This document shows, one piece after another, positions 1 through 12,305 of a stretch of 64,000 nucleotides of DNA. The notes beneath the pieces are model-generated. The model saw only the letters and a list, made by a program, of their open reading frames with translations. It searched no databases and was not told the DNA's origin. This stretch comes from the human T2T-CHM13v2.0 reference genome, Homo sapiens. The stretch lies in assembly GCF_009914755.1 (NCBI RefSeq), contig NC_060941.1, one strand, 5' to 3'. The first letter of the stretch is position 1, and every line of letters starts with the position of its first letter. Made by a program: the position numbers and the translations under genes.

Positions 1-417
1 CTGGGCACCCCGACCTTCAGGCCAGTGGTGGGGGGTCTGTCATCTACGGACTTGTCTACGTTCACTCCACCGCTTCCCAGCGGCGTGCGGTGGACAAGCG
101 TTCCTTTATCTGAGTCTCTATTTCTCTATCAGTGGACACAGGAAAAGAAATAGCTACCTTCACGTCTAAGGATGGAAGGAAATAGTGATGGTGAAAATGC
201 TGGCTCTGTGCCCGGCCCAGAGTACATGTTCTGCCAATGTTCATTTCCTTCCTGAACCCTAAAGTACGGTGTCCCCTCCAGGGAAGGGGCTCCACCACCC
301 TCAGTGCTGGCTGATGCCCCAGGCCCATCTTGGTCAGACAGCTAACTTTACCCTGTGAGCCTGGAAGGTGGAAAACACCAGACAGCCTTCTTTTGGCTTA
401 AGAAATGGAACAAACCA

Positions 418-893
<476 letters not shown>

Positions 894-1416
894 CTAGGGA
901 GGGGGCAGTTTGCAGCTGGAAGGGAGTGGACCCAGGTGGTAGCTGGCTGTGGCTGGGTGCAGCGGGCCTTCTCCTGCACCCCAGGCTGGAGCATAAGGAA
1001 GGCCCAGAGCCCAGGACCCAGGTCTATCCTCTCACCATCAGATCTGCCCAGTACTGGACATCCTGGTCTTTGGTCAGGTTCAGCCCTTGTTTCCAGGCCT
1101 CACTGGGTTCAGGTAGAGATTCACAACTTAACAGAAGCCATCATATACATGTGGGGCCCAAGTCAGCTGGCCCTGCTGCACAGCACCCCCAAACCTTGCA
1201 CCCCACAGGCCTGAGGGCTCAATCTTATTAATATATAACCTGCGGCAGGTTGGGAGGCTTTTCCTTGAACTCCCACCCTGGCTGCTACTAACCCTCACTG
1301 TGGGGACCACCAGAGGGGCAAACCTGAGGGTGGCCTCAGGGTGGCTCAGAGGGCAGCTGCTGCCCAGAGGCTGCCTTCGACTGCTCCCTCTACGTCTGTC
1401 TGACTGCTGATGTTTC

Positions 1417-1702
1417 ATTTTGTTTTGGAGACAGGGTCTCGGTCGGTTGCCTAGGCTGCAGTGCAGTAGCATAATGTTGGCTCACCGCAGCCTCGACCTC
1501 TGGGGCGCAGGTGATCCCTCCACCTCAGCCTCCTGAGTAGCTGAGATCACAGGCGTGCACCACCAGCTAACTTTTGTATTTTTAGTAGAGATGGGGTTTC
1601 ACCATGCTGGCCAGGCTGGTCTTGAACTCCTGACCTCAAATGATCTGCCTGCCTCAGCCTCCCAAACTGCTGGGATTAGACGCCTGAGCCACCATGCCCG
1701 GC
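1417..1702 (-). mobile_element. Alu (AluJ-like)
   Basis: GAGACAGGGTCTC...GAGCCACCATGCCCGGC. Flanks TGCTGATGTTTCA / TGCTAATGTTTCA are a probable TSD. Confidence 0.93.
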
Positions 1703-2211
1703 TTGCTAATGTTTCAATCATGCATCTCTCCCTGCTCATTCATGCACATCTTTCCATTGCTCTTAACAAGCGTCAGGTGAACGCAGCGTCTTAAAAACAG
1801 TTGAGAAGATGCTTCTTTCTGAGTGTGGACTTGGAGGTGTGACTACCACTGCTGGTCCCTTCCAGGGGCACTTGTGCCTCCAGGGTCTTAGGCCACCTCT
1901 GGCCAGGTGCTAGGGAGGATGGAGAGGCTGATGGGCACCCATTTGCCAAGGAAAAGGACCCACTGCCCGCCGCCCGGCTGGCAGCAGCCAGCTCTGCTCT
2001 CAGCTTAACAAATGGGCACATTCTTACTTCAAAGGCGCATTCATATTCTCCAGCAGCTTTCAAGAGCCCTTTGAATCGCGCTTTTAAAAACCCTCTGTTC
2101 ATTGCTGTCATCACTCGTTTGTTTTAAAACAATAACGATCCAGCCCCTGGGTGATTAAATCCCTTCCATGTGGGGCTGACTCAGAGCCAGAACAGTCAGA
2201 GGGGCTGGGCA

Positions 2212-2278
2212 GTGTGTGTATCTGCATGCACACATGTGCATATGTGTGAGCACACACACACGCGCGAGCACGCACACG
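2212..2278. repeat. mixed (TG)n/(CA)n/(CG)n alternating purine-pyrimidine tract
   Basis: GTGTGTGTA...CACACACACACGCGCGAGCACGCACACG. Confidence 0.8.
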
Positions 2279-2782
2279 CTCTGCGCCCAGACGCCCTCGC
2301 CTCTGTAAACCTGCTCACTGGGCAATTTCCTCCCAGGTCCGCGTTTGCCAGTTCATTCTTCAAGCCCTCCCGGGGGTGCCAGCCTGCAGCAGAATGACTT
2401 TTGCTTGGATGGGTTGACTCCAGAGGCTGCTGGAGATAATGACTCTGGGGAGGAGGAGAGGGAAGGGGAGGCCTTTCCCTGAGAGCCTGCTGGGTACCAG
2501 GCCCTGGGCTGGGGGCTCCACATCCCTCGCCTCCTGTGGTCCTCACAAGGTTCCTCTCCCCAAGCTCCTGCGGTGAAGTCACCCCCTCCCGAAAGTCAAC
2601 CTGCCCCCTGGATACAGGGATCCTGGGAGGGACGCCCTACCTAGGACTCTGAGCAGTGACAGCTGATTTTCCTCCAGGACCTGCCTCGTCTGAAAGCAAG
2701 AGATGGCAGGGGGCTGGCAGGGTGTGTGCTGTAGGAAGAATGACAGACTGAGGGGAAGAAGATGCTGCTGGGATAACAGAAC

Positions 2783-3001
2783 GTGTGGACGTGTCTATGT
2801 GTGCACGTGTTTATGTGTGCAGGTGTGTGTGTGTGCAGGTGTGTCTGCATGTATGTCCATGTGTGGACATTCACATATCTGTGAATGTCAATGTGTGTGT
2901 CAGTGCACATCTGTGTGTGCAAGCCTTTGTGTTCAAGTATGTGTGTCTGTGGTCTGTTTCTGTGTGCACATATCTGTGTGTATGTGTGTGTATTTATGTG
3001 C
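2783..3001. repeat. degenerate (TG)n microsatellite
   Basis: About 220 bp of interrupted TGTGTG. Confidence 0.9.
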
Positions 3002-3047
3002 AGGGACAGATTTCTGTGTTGTGAATGCTCAGGAGGGTAGCACAAAC

Positions 3048-3205
3048 CAGTGACCTTGAGAAAGTTACTTAACCTCTTTGTACCTCATTTTCCTTAGCTA
3101 TAAATTGGAGATGTGTTTGCTTTGAAGATTAAATACATTAATAAATATATAGTGCTTAGAACAGAGCCTGGCACGTGCTAGGAGGGGTGGCTATTAACAC
3201 TATTG
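3048..3205 (+). mobile_element. MIR SINE
   Basis: GTGACCTTGAGAAAGTTACTTAACCTCT...CCTCATTTTCC...GTGCTTAGAACAGAGCCTGGCAC. Confidence 0.85.
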
Positions 3206-3389
3206 ATCTATATAAAGATGGACAGATCAGCCCAGAGAGAAGAGCTCATATCCTGTTGGCAGCTGCCAGTGGCTCCCCTCAGCCTTAGTACTAGGATGGT
3301 GCAGTAAACAACCTGTGCAACTGTACACAACAGCCCTGTTAGCCACCCTCTCTGTGGAAAAGGAGATAATTGAGAAGGAAGGAGAATTG

Positions 3390-3453
3390 TGGATAGAAAG
3401 AATCAACGTTATAAAGATGTCATTCTCTTAAACTTTTCTTCACCTCAAACACA

Positions 3454-3485
<32 letters not shown>

Positions 3486-4980
3486 TACACATACGAAGGA
3501 ATTTTTTTAAGTAGGCAAAGTGATTCTACAGTTCACATCAAAACAACAACCATGAAAGAATAGCCAAACAAATTCTGAAAAAGTATAGCAAACAGAGGAA
3601 ACTAGCATAGACATTTAACTACATTACAAAGCTGCAATAATGAAAACAGTGCCTTCTTGTAAAATAGACTGATGAAGAAATAGTCCGGGAGTCTAGAAAT
3701 AGACCCAAATACATACGAGGAAATTTAATGTATGATGAAAGTAGAATTTCAAATCAGTGGGTAATACACCAATTAGTCAATAAATGGTTTTGAAACAGCT
3801 AGGGAACCATTTGGGGATAAAAAAATAAAGATGAATCTCTTTCTGGCACTTTTACCTCAAAATAAATGCTGGATGGATCAATGTTTTAAACATGAAAAAT
3901 GAAATTCTAAAAGACCTAGAAAAAAAATCAGAGATTTAAAAATATACTGTCTTGGCAAAGCAATGTACTCGCCAAGTACTTTCTAAGTACTATGCAAGCT
4001 CCAAAAGGTCATAAAACAGATTGATACCTTCAACTACACAGAAATTCTGCCTGGAAAAAAAAAAAACCCTCATAAACAAAAAGAAGTGACAAATGACAAA
4101 CTGGGGAAAGATATTTGCAACTGTTATCACGGGCAAAGAGCTAATTTTCCTGATATAGAAATGTTCCCACAAATCAGTAAGAAAAAGATTAACAAACCAA
4201 TAGAAAAATGGGCAAAGGATATGAAGTTCGCAGAAGAGAATTACAAATGCCCCTGGAACTCACACAAAGATGCTCAGCCTCATGATAAGAGAAAGGAAAA
4301 CTAAAATTCAATAAGATACCATTTTTTCCCTTATCACACTGGCCAAGATGTAAAAGTGTGATATTCTGGGCTGGTGAATTTGTAGAGCAACAGGCACCCT
4401 CGCAGACAGCTTTGCGGGACTGTAGCTTGGTACGCCCTCTACGAGAGCAATTTGGCAATGCTATCAAAGCTAAAAATGCACACATCCTCCAATTCGCCAA
4501 CTCTTCAAGGAATTCACCCTCCACAGACTCACTTGTGCATGTGTGAAATGACAGCACTTCAGAGCCGCTCAGCTTATAACAGCAAAAGCTTGGAAATGGC
4601 CTGAATGCCTATCAAGAGGGCACTGCTTAAAGAAACGATTGTCCCTCCAAACAACAGAATTCTGTGCAGCAGACGGCGCCTGAGCGATCTTTGAGAACTA
4701 CTGGTAAGTGACAAAAACAAGAATAGGGTGGATAAGCTCAGGCATGGAATAGGGTGGATAATCTGCTACTGTTTACGTAGAAGCTTTTCTTCTTCAAGTA
4801 TAAAAATCAATTTGCTTGTATTGGCACAGGCTTTTTCTAGTGGCTCCATGAAAAATGGATCCCAGTGACACTTGAGGGAGGTCTGGGTGCCCGGGGACTT
4901 GGGTTGGGGGACTAGCTTTTCACTCTATACCTTTGTGTAACATTGATATTGTGGACCACAGGTATGAATTACTTATCTAT
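3390..4980 (+). mobile_element. old L1 (L1M/L1ME-type): ORF2 3' part plus 3' UTR relic
   Basis: A-rich strand. Degenerate ORF2 motifs GGATAGAAAGAATCAACGTTATAAAGATG and AACAAACCAATAGAAAAATGGGCAAAGGATATGAA (ORF track NKPIEKWAKDM). Confidence 0.9.
3449..3492. repeat. (CA)n microsatellite inside L1
   Basis: Seen directly. Confidence 0.95.
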
Positions 4981-5964
4981 GATCAGATATATGTATACAT
5001 GTGCATACGTGTATGTGAGTGTGCATGGTAAGCTGTTCACAGGGTGATCCCATTGATGACAGGGAAGAGGACAGACCCTCTGTGTGTCATTTAGGCATGT
5101 CACGTGGCTCGGAGGTCCCGGACCAGCAGAGCCTGAGCTGCTTAAATGAAGAGCGGCCTTCAGAGGCCAGCAAGAGGCCTCAGCCCGGGGCTTCCTTGTA
5201 ATTTCCCATAACAGGTCAGGGGATCGCTGACTGCCATCTTCCCTTGATATTCGCACTAAATACCCTCATTGTCCTCCCTAGGCTCCAGGCTAAATGGCCC
5301 CATACAGAAGCCAATCTCAACTTCAACTTTTCCCCTTCTCTGCAAAATAATGTCATCTTTCTCTGGAGTCCCCAGGCTGTGTCCATCTCACTGTTCAGGG
5401 GATTTGACTTCCCAGCCAGCCCAGCCCTGGGAACCGCACCTCCTGTGGAGCCATTCTGCTGGGAATGGGTCGGTGGGTGGAGGAAGGGGGTGATGGCTTC
5501 TGCCAGCCACCTAATTGGCCAAATGATGTCCATCTGCCCTCCAGAATAAGCTGCAGGGAGTACCAAGCCTGGACAAACTCCCTTCCCAGCTCTGAAACAT
5601 GCAGAAACCTCTCTCTTTTTGCGGCTTCTTCTCAGGCATAGAATAAGGGCTCAGTCATCACGAGCTTCCCTGGAATGCTTGGAAACAGGGTGGGAGCTGG
5701 GATTTCTAGACTCGCAAACTTTTCTCCCACCATCTCCTAGTCTTGGCCCCACCACCGTGTCCTGGACTGATTACCACGGCCTCTTAATGGGTGCCAGGGG
5801 TGGAAACCTGTGCTCCTTACCCCTGGTGGACCACACACCTGAGCAGGATGGACCCGGGGTCAGAGGGAGCAGGGGCTCAGGGTGGGCTGCTCTCACCAAA
5901 CCTCACTTCTCTCCAAACTTCTAGTCTTGCTGCTGCCTTTATTCCATACTAACCATGGAACTTT

Positions 5965-6150
5965 CTATCCATGAAGCACTTTACATTCATCATCTTAGTT
6001 AAGAGGCCTGAGTTCATCTCAAGGAAACCACTATCATTTTCCCCATTTTAATAGGAGAAAACCAACGCTCAGAAAGGTTCTGTAACTGGACTCTGCCACA
6101 TAGACATAAACCAAGATCTGGCAGGTTCCAGAGCTCTGGATCTTTCTATT
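5965..6150 (-). mobile_element. MIR SINE
   Basis: CCCCATTTTAATAGGAGAAAACCAACGCTCAGAAAGGTT resembles the antisense MIR core. Confidence 0.7.
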
Positions 6151-6684
6151 ATTAGCATAAGACTTCCCAAAGCTGTCTCACCCTTCATACCCCAACCTGT
6201 AGCACCAGGGGTGGTGAGAGGGACGGGGGACATTCAAGGAGGTTGGTGGCCTCTCTCAGGGAACTGGTTTTGACTCCACAAGCAAAGGTCACGCAGCATT
6301 CATACTCCAGCCTGCGATGTCACAGCCCCAGAGCCAGATTCTGGGATGAGGGCGAAACAGGCGGCCCAGCTGGGAATGAGTCCTGCGAATTAGCTAGAAG
6401 GATAAGGAGGCAGAATATCCCAGAAGAGACTGGTCCGCCCAGGGGGTGAGGGTTTCAGGTGGATGAGCTAAGAAAGGGCAGGGAGAGAAGCCTGGAAATG
6501 GAGGTCAAATAGCACAGAAGATGAACGCATGCAGGCGTGGGGGCCAAGTAAAATGAAGCAGAGGCCAGAGCCTTAGGGGCTTCTTGGGAAGAAGGGGCTA
6601 AGCTGGGGGACCCCACCCTGCAGCCCTGCTCCCGAGGAACCACCTTTTCAAGAATCTGGCTTGAAGATCCCAGTGGGAGAAGAT

Positions 6685-6830
6685 AAATTGGGTTTACATC
6701 CCATTTCCATGCTAACTAGAGTTTGACCTTATGCAAATTCACCTCCTGGGCCTTACCTGTCTCATCAGTGAAACAGATGGAAACTCCTGCCCCAGAGCCT
6801 GCAGGAGGATCAAATGAGCTAATGTGGGTG
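6685..6830 (+). mobile_element. MIR SINE
   Basis: GGGTTTACATCCC...TTGACCTT...CTCATCAGTGAAA...GAGGATCAAATGAG. Confidence 0.65.
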
Positions 6831-8009
6831 AGGTTGGAGCCACAGTGCTTGAAGCCTCAGAGGTGCCCCTTTCTGTCACACAAACCATTGGGGGTGACCA
6901 CATAGGAAGGAGATGGGGAAAGAGGGGCAGGGGCTGTTATGATCATTCCACCTGTTTCCCGCTTCTCAGAACCATTCCCCTAAGAAGCCCGCAGTCTCTT
7001 GAAGTTCTTACGTCTGAGGCTTCCAAATTCAGCCCCCTCAATGCCATTCTAAGCTGGCTCAAAAATTGGGTCTTGCCTGGGATGGCTCATAAGGTTTTGA
7101 GCAGGGTCAGGACTGGTAGAGACAGCTGGAGCCTGGGGAGGGGTTGCAAACGCCTGCGTGGATTGGTCCCACAACATTGGTCAAACCCAGGTGGGAGATG
7201 GTACTGGTCAGGGTGCCGAGGGCCCAGGAGGAGGCTGCTGTGGCCCTGTTCGGCCCCTGCCCTTCAGAAGAAATGTCTGCACGTCATACACTAGCTAGGT
7301 GGGGCAGGGACTCTCTAGCTGCCTGATAAAGGCTGCAGGGCCTGGGGCTCCTGGCGAGTCCCTTCCCTCTCCCAGCCCCATGCCTGGCAAGGCCTCTTGC
7401 TCCTGCCTCACCAGCCAGGGCCCCAGAGCACCCTAGCCCCCTCCCCTTGGATTCCCTCCTCCTCCCTTCTCCCACAAATGAGATGCTAATTTATGCCCCT
7501 CCCTGTATCCTAGCAGATGCCTGGCCCAGCTCTGGCCCCGGTGCTGCCTGCATGCCAAGCGCTTCATTAGCCAGGAAAGAAGACTCTTGCCCTCCTTCGT
7601 CTAATCCTCGCCAGTGACCTTCAGGAACCAGGCACCTTCTGACGTTGGGAGCCTGGGATGGTGCAATCATCAATTACGCCGTGGCCTCCGCAGCTGTTCC
7701 TGAATGGATTTCTTGCTCAGAGAAGCGTGTTTGAAAAGCATCTAATGGAACGGATCATCAATTTGTTTGAATACACATCTAATCTGATTAGGGGGGCACT
7801 GGCCACCAGGGCAGCTAGTGCAACTGAGCCTTGACATGGCCCCAGGGAATCATAAGTGGGGTGGCGGGGCCAGTCTAGGGAAGGAGGGCTGTGTGCCCTG
7901 GGCCTGCCACCGAGCCCTCCTTGAGCTCAGCCCATGGTACGTCCAGCCAAAAAAGTCACAGAGAAAAGCAGAACACATCACACAGATGCCAGGAGAGCTG
8001 GGCCCAAGA

Positions 8010-8092
8010 CTCCTGTTTTTCTATAGCCCTGGCACTGGGCACAGAGCCTGAGACAAAGAAGATGCTTGGGAAATATGTGGCAAATGAATGAC
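8010..8092 (+). mobile_element. L2 3' end fragment
   Basis: GCACAGAGCCTGAGACAAAGAAGATGCTT...AAATGAATGA. Confidence 0.6.
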
Positions 8093-8161
8093 AGTAAGGC
8101 CCAACATGGAAGCCAAGGGATGTTTAATAAAGTCATCTGTGGGACAAGACTAGGTGATGCC

Positions 8162-8613
8162 TGTATTGGGTTGAATATGTCTCCCCCAAATTCATGTCCT
8201 TCCCAAAACCTCAGAATGTGACCTGATTTGGAAATCGAGTCTTTGGAGATGTAGTTTGTTAAGATGAGGTCACGCTGGAGTAGGATGGGCCTTCCGTGAC
8301 TGGTGTCTTGGTAGGAGGAGAAGAAACACAGGGAAAGAGACACACAAGGAGAAGACAAGAGCCAAGTAAAGACAGAGGCAGGGACTGAAGCGACGCATCT
8401 ACCAGCCAGGGAATGCCAAGGACTGCTGGGAGCCACCAGGCAGGCCTAGGACGGGGGCAGGACGGAGTCTCCCGTTGAGCCTGCAGAAGGAGCATGCCCC
8501 TGTCACCCTGATTTCAGACTTCTGGCCTCCAGAACTGTGAGAGAACAGATTTCTGCTGTTTAAAGCCACCCAGCTTATAGTGCTTTGTCATGGCAGCCCA
8601 GGAAACTCATGCA
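8162..8613 (+). mobile_element. MLT1 (B/C-like) MaLR solo LTR
   Basis: TG...CA termini, CCTCAGAATGTGACC, TTAAGATGAGGTCA, GACTTCTGGCCTCCAGAACTGTGAG. 5-bp TSD ATGCC at 8157-8161 and 8614-8618. Confidence 0.92.
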
Positions 8614-9169
8614 ATGCCTACAGGAAGCTTTGTCCGTCATTCCACAGAAGGCAGCATGGCAGAGAACCAGAAGGAAGTCCGAGCCCTGCCTCGCTGGATG
8701 TAGCTGGTCCTTCCCAGACACATCACGTGCGCCATGCCACTCTCTTCCCTGGGGAGCCCTTTCTTTCCTTCTTTACCAGGAAAATGTTGGTTTTCAATCC
8801 ATGTTAGTTCCTGTCCAGCACCCCTTCAAAGCTCAAATGCCATGCCCTCTGTAACTCTTCTCCAGATGTCCTCCTCAGACTCCTGAGATCGCCTCCCTCC
8901 CAGCATGCTTGGTGATTCCCATGCTACATCCCCCACTGCTGGGCACACTGGGGCTCCCTCATCTTCCTAGCCCCAGAGCCTGGCAACAGCCTGGCCTGCA
9001 GAAGAGCCCAGATCCATGAGAAAGTGGGCAAGCAAACTTGCTGTGGACCAGCGGGTCCCTCCCTTCTTGGGAGTGGACCAGAATGGAGATCACAAAGTTC
9101 CCTTCCAGCCCTGACATTATAAGAGCCGAGTAGCCCTCTGGGGGATGACCTTACTGGGCCCTGTAATGG

Positions 9170-9366
9170 GACCACCTGGGTTCAAACCCAGTGGACTCTG
9201 CCACTCACAGGCTGTGTTTCCCTGGGCATCATTCTGTAACTCTGCTGCACCTCTCCTGAAAAATAGGGATAGCAGTGCCTACCTCGTTGGCCTATGGAAA
9301 GGGGTAAGTGCTTCAACCAGTGCCTGGCACAGAGAAAGAGCCCTTGGAAAGAAGGCTGTTATTATT
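9170..9366 (+). mobile_element. MIR SINE
   Basis: CCTGGGTTCAAACCC...CTCTGCCACTCAC...AGTGCCTGGCACAGAG...TTATTATT. Confidence 0.8.
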
Positions 9367-10439
9367 CCTCATCTTGGCTTGGTGCAGCCTCTGCAAGCCC
9401 TTCTCATAGCCGGGGCCTCCTGTTTGAACCACACAGGTAAACAGGGCCAAAGCACCTCCAACCTTGCATGGAAAAAAGACGGTTCTCATTTCCAATAGGT
9501 TTATTTTGCAGTTAACAGAGGGGAAGGGAGCTCTTTCTTACATTTCCCTTGGAGGGTTCAGAGATTAAACTTATACCATCGATTAGAATGTTTTGGCCTA
9601 ACGGTGCTAGTATCATTTTAGTGTATTCAGATTCATTTGAGCTATAAAAGTGGCGATAATAAAATGTTCACTAAGTCCTGGAATTCCTCCCAAGAAGCCC
9701 GATGGTGTTACATGGACCACAGTCCTCTTCCCCTCAGTGGCCCCAAGGCAGGACAGCATGCTTGGAGCAATTCTCCAGTTTTACAGCTGAGACTTGAGAC
9801 CCCCTAGAAATTGATCAATGGCCTGGCCGGCCTGGGTGGCTTCATGAGACTCAGCTCTGCCTCACCTCTGTCACCCTTCTCACAGGTGACTTTGTCCACC
9901 ATGCAGGTACCACTCTTCTGCCCATCCCCTAAGCCTGGGGACTCTGGTGACAAAGAGACACTGTCTTCCTACAGGTCTGCAGGAGCCCAGAGCGAGGACT
10001 CATAGGCCCAGGGATGCGTCCAAGAACCCACAGCCTGGGGGTCTCCAGTGTCTACCTCCTTGGTCAGCGATGGTGCCACCAGATGCAGGGCACGGAAGGC
10101 TGTGCCGTGAGGAAGGACCAGCACCCCAGAGCTCTGGCTGGCATGCTTCCCAGGGGCAGCCCCTGTTCCTCCTCTTGCCCACCCTTGGAGACGGGCCATC
10201 ACCTAAGAGGAGGGAGAGATGGAAGCTGGGGGAAGATGGGAGCTAGGGGCAGTGGCTCTGACTTAACACCAGCATTGGTTTCCCAATATTGAATAAAGAG
10301 GGTTGAGCTGGACAGCAGGTGTCCTTAGGGGCTTGACCTCACCACCCCCAGACGGGGCCTGTCTGCCCAATTTCAGGGGCTTCTCCTCAATTTCCTGGCT
10401 TCAGGGCGAGGCTGCTCAGCCCAGGGACAAGAAGGAAAG

Positions 10440-10650
10440 ATGGGTATTTGTTAAAGGCCTACTCCACACTGAGCAGCGCATGTTTACCCATTTAATCCTC
10501 CCAGCCTCCTTAGGGGAGTGCTATGAGGACTTCTCTTTTATTTCTCTCATCTGAAGCTCAGATGAGAGAGGTACCCAGTCACATGTGTGTCAGTGGCAGA
10601 GCTGGGTTTTGAACCCATAGCCGCCTGCCTCCATGCAAGGCCTCTGACCT
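10440..10650 (-). mobile_element. MIR SINE
   Basis: CATTTAATCCTC...CAGTGGCAGAGCTGGGTTTTGAACCCA. Confidence 0.75.
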
Positions 10651-11724
10651 CCCCTCTGTCCAGGCTGCGTTTGGAGCCCAGGAACAGATTCCAAGGCTGG
10701 GCCCCGCAGGGAGGAAAAAACAAAGCACGAGTCGCTCTCTGCACGGAGGCTGAGAGATGGAGCCACCGCTGAGGAAGAACACACATTCATCAGGCTGGTG
10801 ACCCCGGTGTACCAGCGCTTTGTGGCGTGTAATAAAGACTGCCGAGCAGAAAATTGGAGTTCAATTTGCTGTCCATCCTGCACGCAGTGCTCAGCCCATT
10901 CTAGTCCCTGGCAGGCACCTCTGTGCTTTATCATAAATAATAACACCACGCGGCTCTATGGCCCTTTCCGCAGTTACAGTCCCCGAGCAATTTACAAGCC
11001 AGATTATACACAGAAGCCTGCACATGCCTGCCGGCCAGCACACACCACACACACGCGGCCTCCTCCCCAGTCACTCCTAGGGCCCACGGCCATCCTGGTG
11101 TCACCCATCTGGGGCTGCACCCAATCTGGAGGGAAGCAGGCCGTTGTGCACCCCTGGACACTGGGCTCTGCTCCTGCCCTGGTCACCTTCTTTATCCCTT
11201 TTACTGGCTCTCATGGTTGGCAGAGAACCCACGAGGTCTGGTGGCCCACTGCCCCTTGCTGGACCAAGGTCAAGGCCACTTCCCCTCTCTTTCTTTCCGT
11301 TTTAGAAGGAGCTTCTGGACCTCCTCCCCTCCAATCAGCAGTGGCCCTTTGTCTCTACCACAGGGAGTCCCGTCTCTCCTCAGAACTTATTGGGAGTAGT
11401 GGGGGGGTGCAAAAGCAGCAACAGGGACCCACAAGTTCAACCGCTCGCTTCACAGACGAGACCCCTGGGGCCCAGAGAGGTGCAGCAGCTTCCCTGAGGA
11501 CTCTGCATCAGCTGCTGAGCTGAGACCAAAGCCCAGGACCACCGGCACCCAGTCCACTACACAGCGGAGCCCCAAGGAGGGAGGTAAACAAAGGTCTAGG
11601 GCAGACTGGGCTGCTCCCTCTGAGCATCTAGAAACTTCCCCAGAAGCAGAAGCTTCAGGCAGGGCCTGGAGGGGCTCCAGCAGCAGCTCCTTCCCCCTCT
11701 TGCCATCAAACTAAATAAGAGGTC

Positions 11725-12305
11725 AACTATTGTATGATGCCATTTATATGAGATATCCAGAGTAGGTAGATCCATAGAGATGGGGCTCAGATTGGTGACT
11801 GGCAGGTGGTTGGGAGAGAGGGGAATGGGGAGTGACTGTGAGTGGGTACAGGCTTCCTTCTGGGGTGATGAAAGTATTCTGGAACTCAGTGGTGGTTGTA
11901 CATCATTGTGAATGTACTAAGTGCCACTGAATTGCTCACTTGAAAATGATTTTTTTTTTTTTTTTTTTTGAGACCGGGTCTCGCTCTGCTGCCCAGGCGG
12001 GAGTGTGGTGGTGCAATCATAGCTCACTGCAGCCTTGAACTCCCAGGCTCAAGTGATCTTCCACTTTAGCCTCTCGAGTACCTGGGACCACAGGCGCGTG
12101 CCACCATGCTTGGCTAATATTTTGTATTTTTAGTAGAGATGAGGTTTTGACACGTTGCCCAGGCTGATCTCGAACTCTTGGACTCAAGCAATGTACCCAC
12201 CTCGGCCTCCCAAAGTGCTAGGATTAAGGCATGAGTCAGTCTTAAAATGGCTAATTTTATGTCATGCAAATCTTATCCCCATCAAAAAAATAAAAAAAAA
12301 TAAAA
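11725..12305 (+). mobile_element. L1MB-type 3' UTR end, split by an Alu
   Basis: TATTGTATGATGCCATTTATATGAGATATCCAGAGTAGG...TGGGGTGATGAAAGTATTCTGGAAC...GTGAATGTACTAA; resumes at 12241 and ends in an A-tail. Confidence 0.88.
11950..12238 (-). mobile_element. Alu (AluJ-like), slightly 5'-truncated
   Basis: Poly-T, then GAGACCGGGTCTCGCTCT...CCCAAAGTGCTAGGATTA. Confidence 0.93.

Noticed and set aside
1-200. CpG-containing start of the window as a possible terminal coding exon
   Set aside because: Translations match nothing I recognise, and there is no convincing splice or polyadenylation context.
1306-1320. CTCF-like CCACCAGAGGGGCA
   Set aside because: Spacing is one base off the core consensus; unsupported without a matrix scan.
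4086-4304. 72-aa ORF with KPIEKWAKDM
   Set aside because: Decayed L1 ORF2 fragment, not a gene.
4721-4761. Direct repeat GAATAGGGTGGATAA x2 (similarly ACCCTATATACAA x2 at about 21470-21497)
   Set aside because: Ordinary small local duplications with no sign of function.
10798-11523. 241-aa ORF
   Set aside because: GTG start, no protein-like motif, no exon context.
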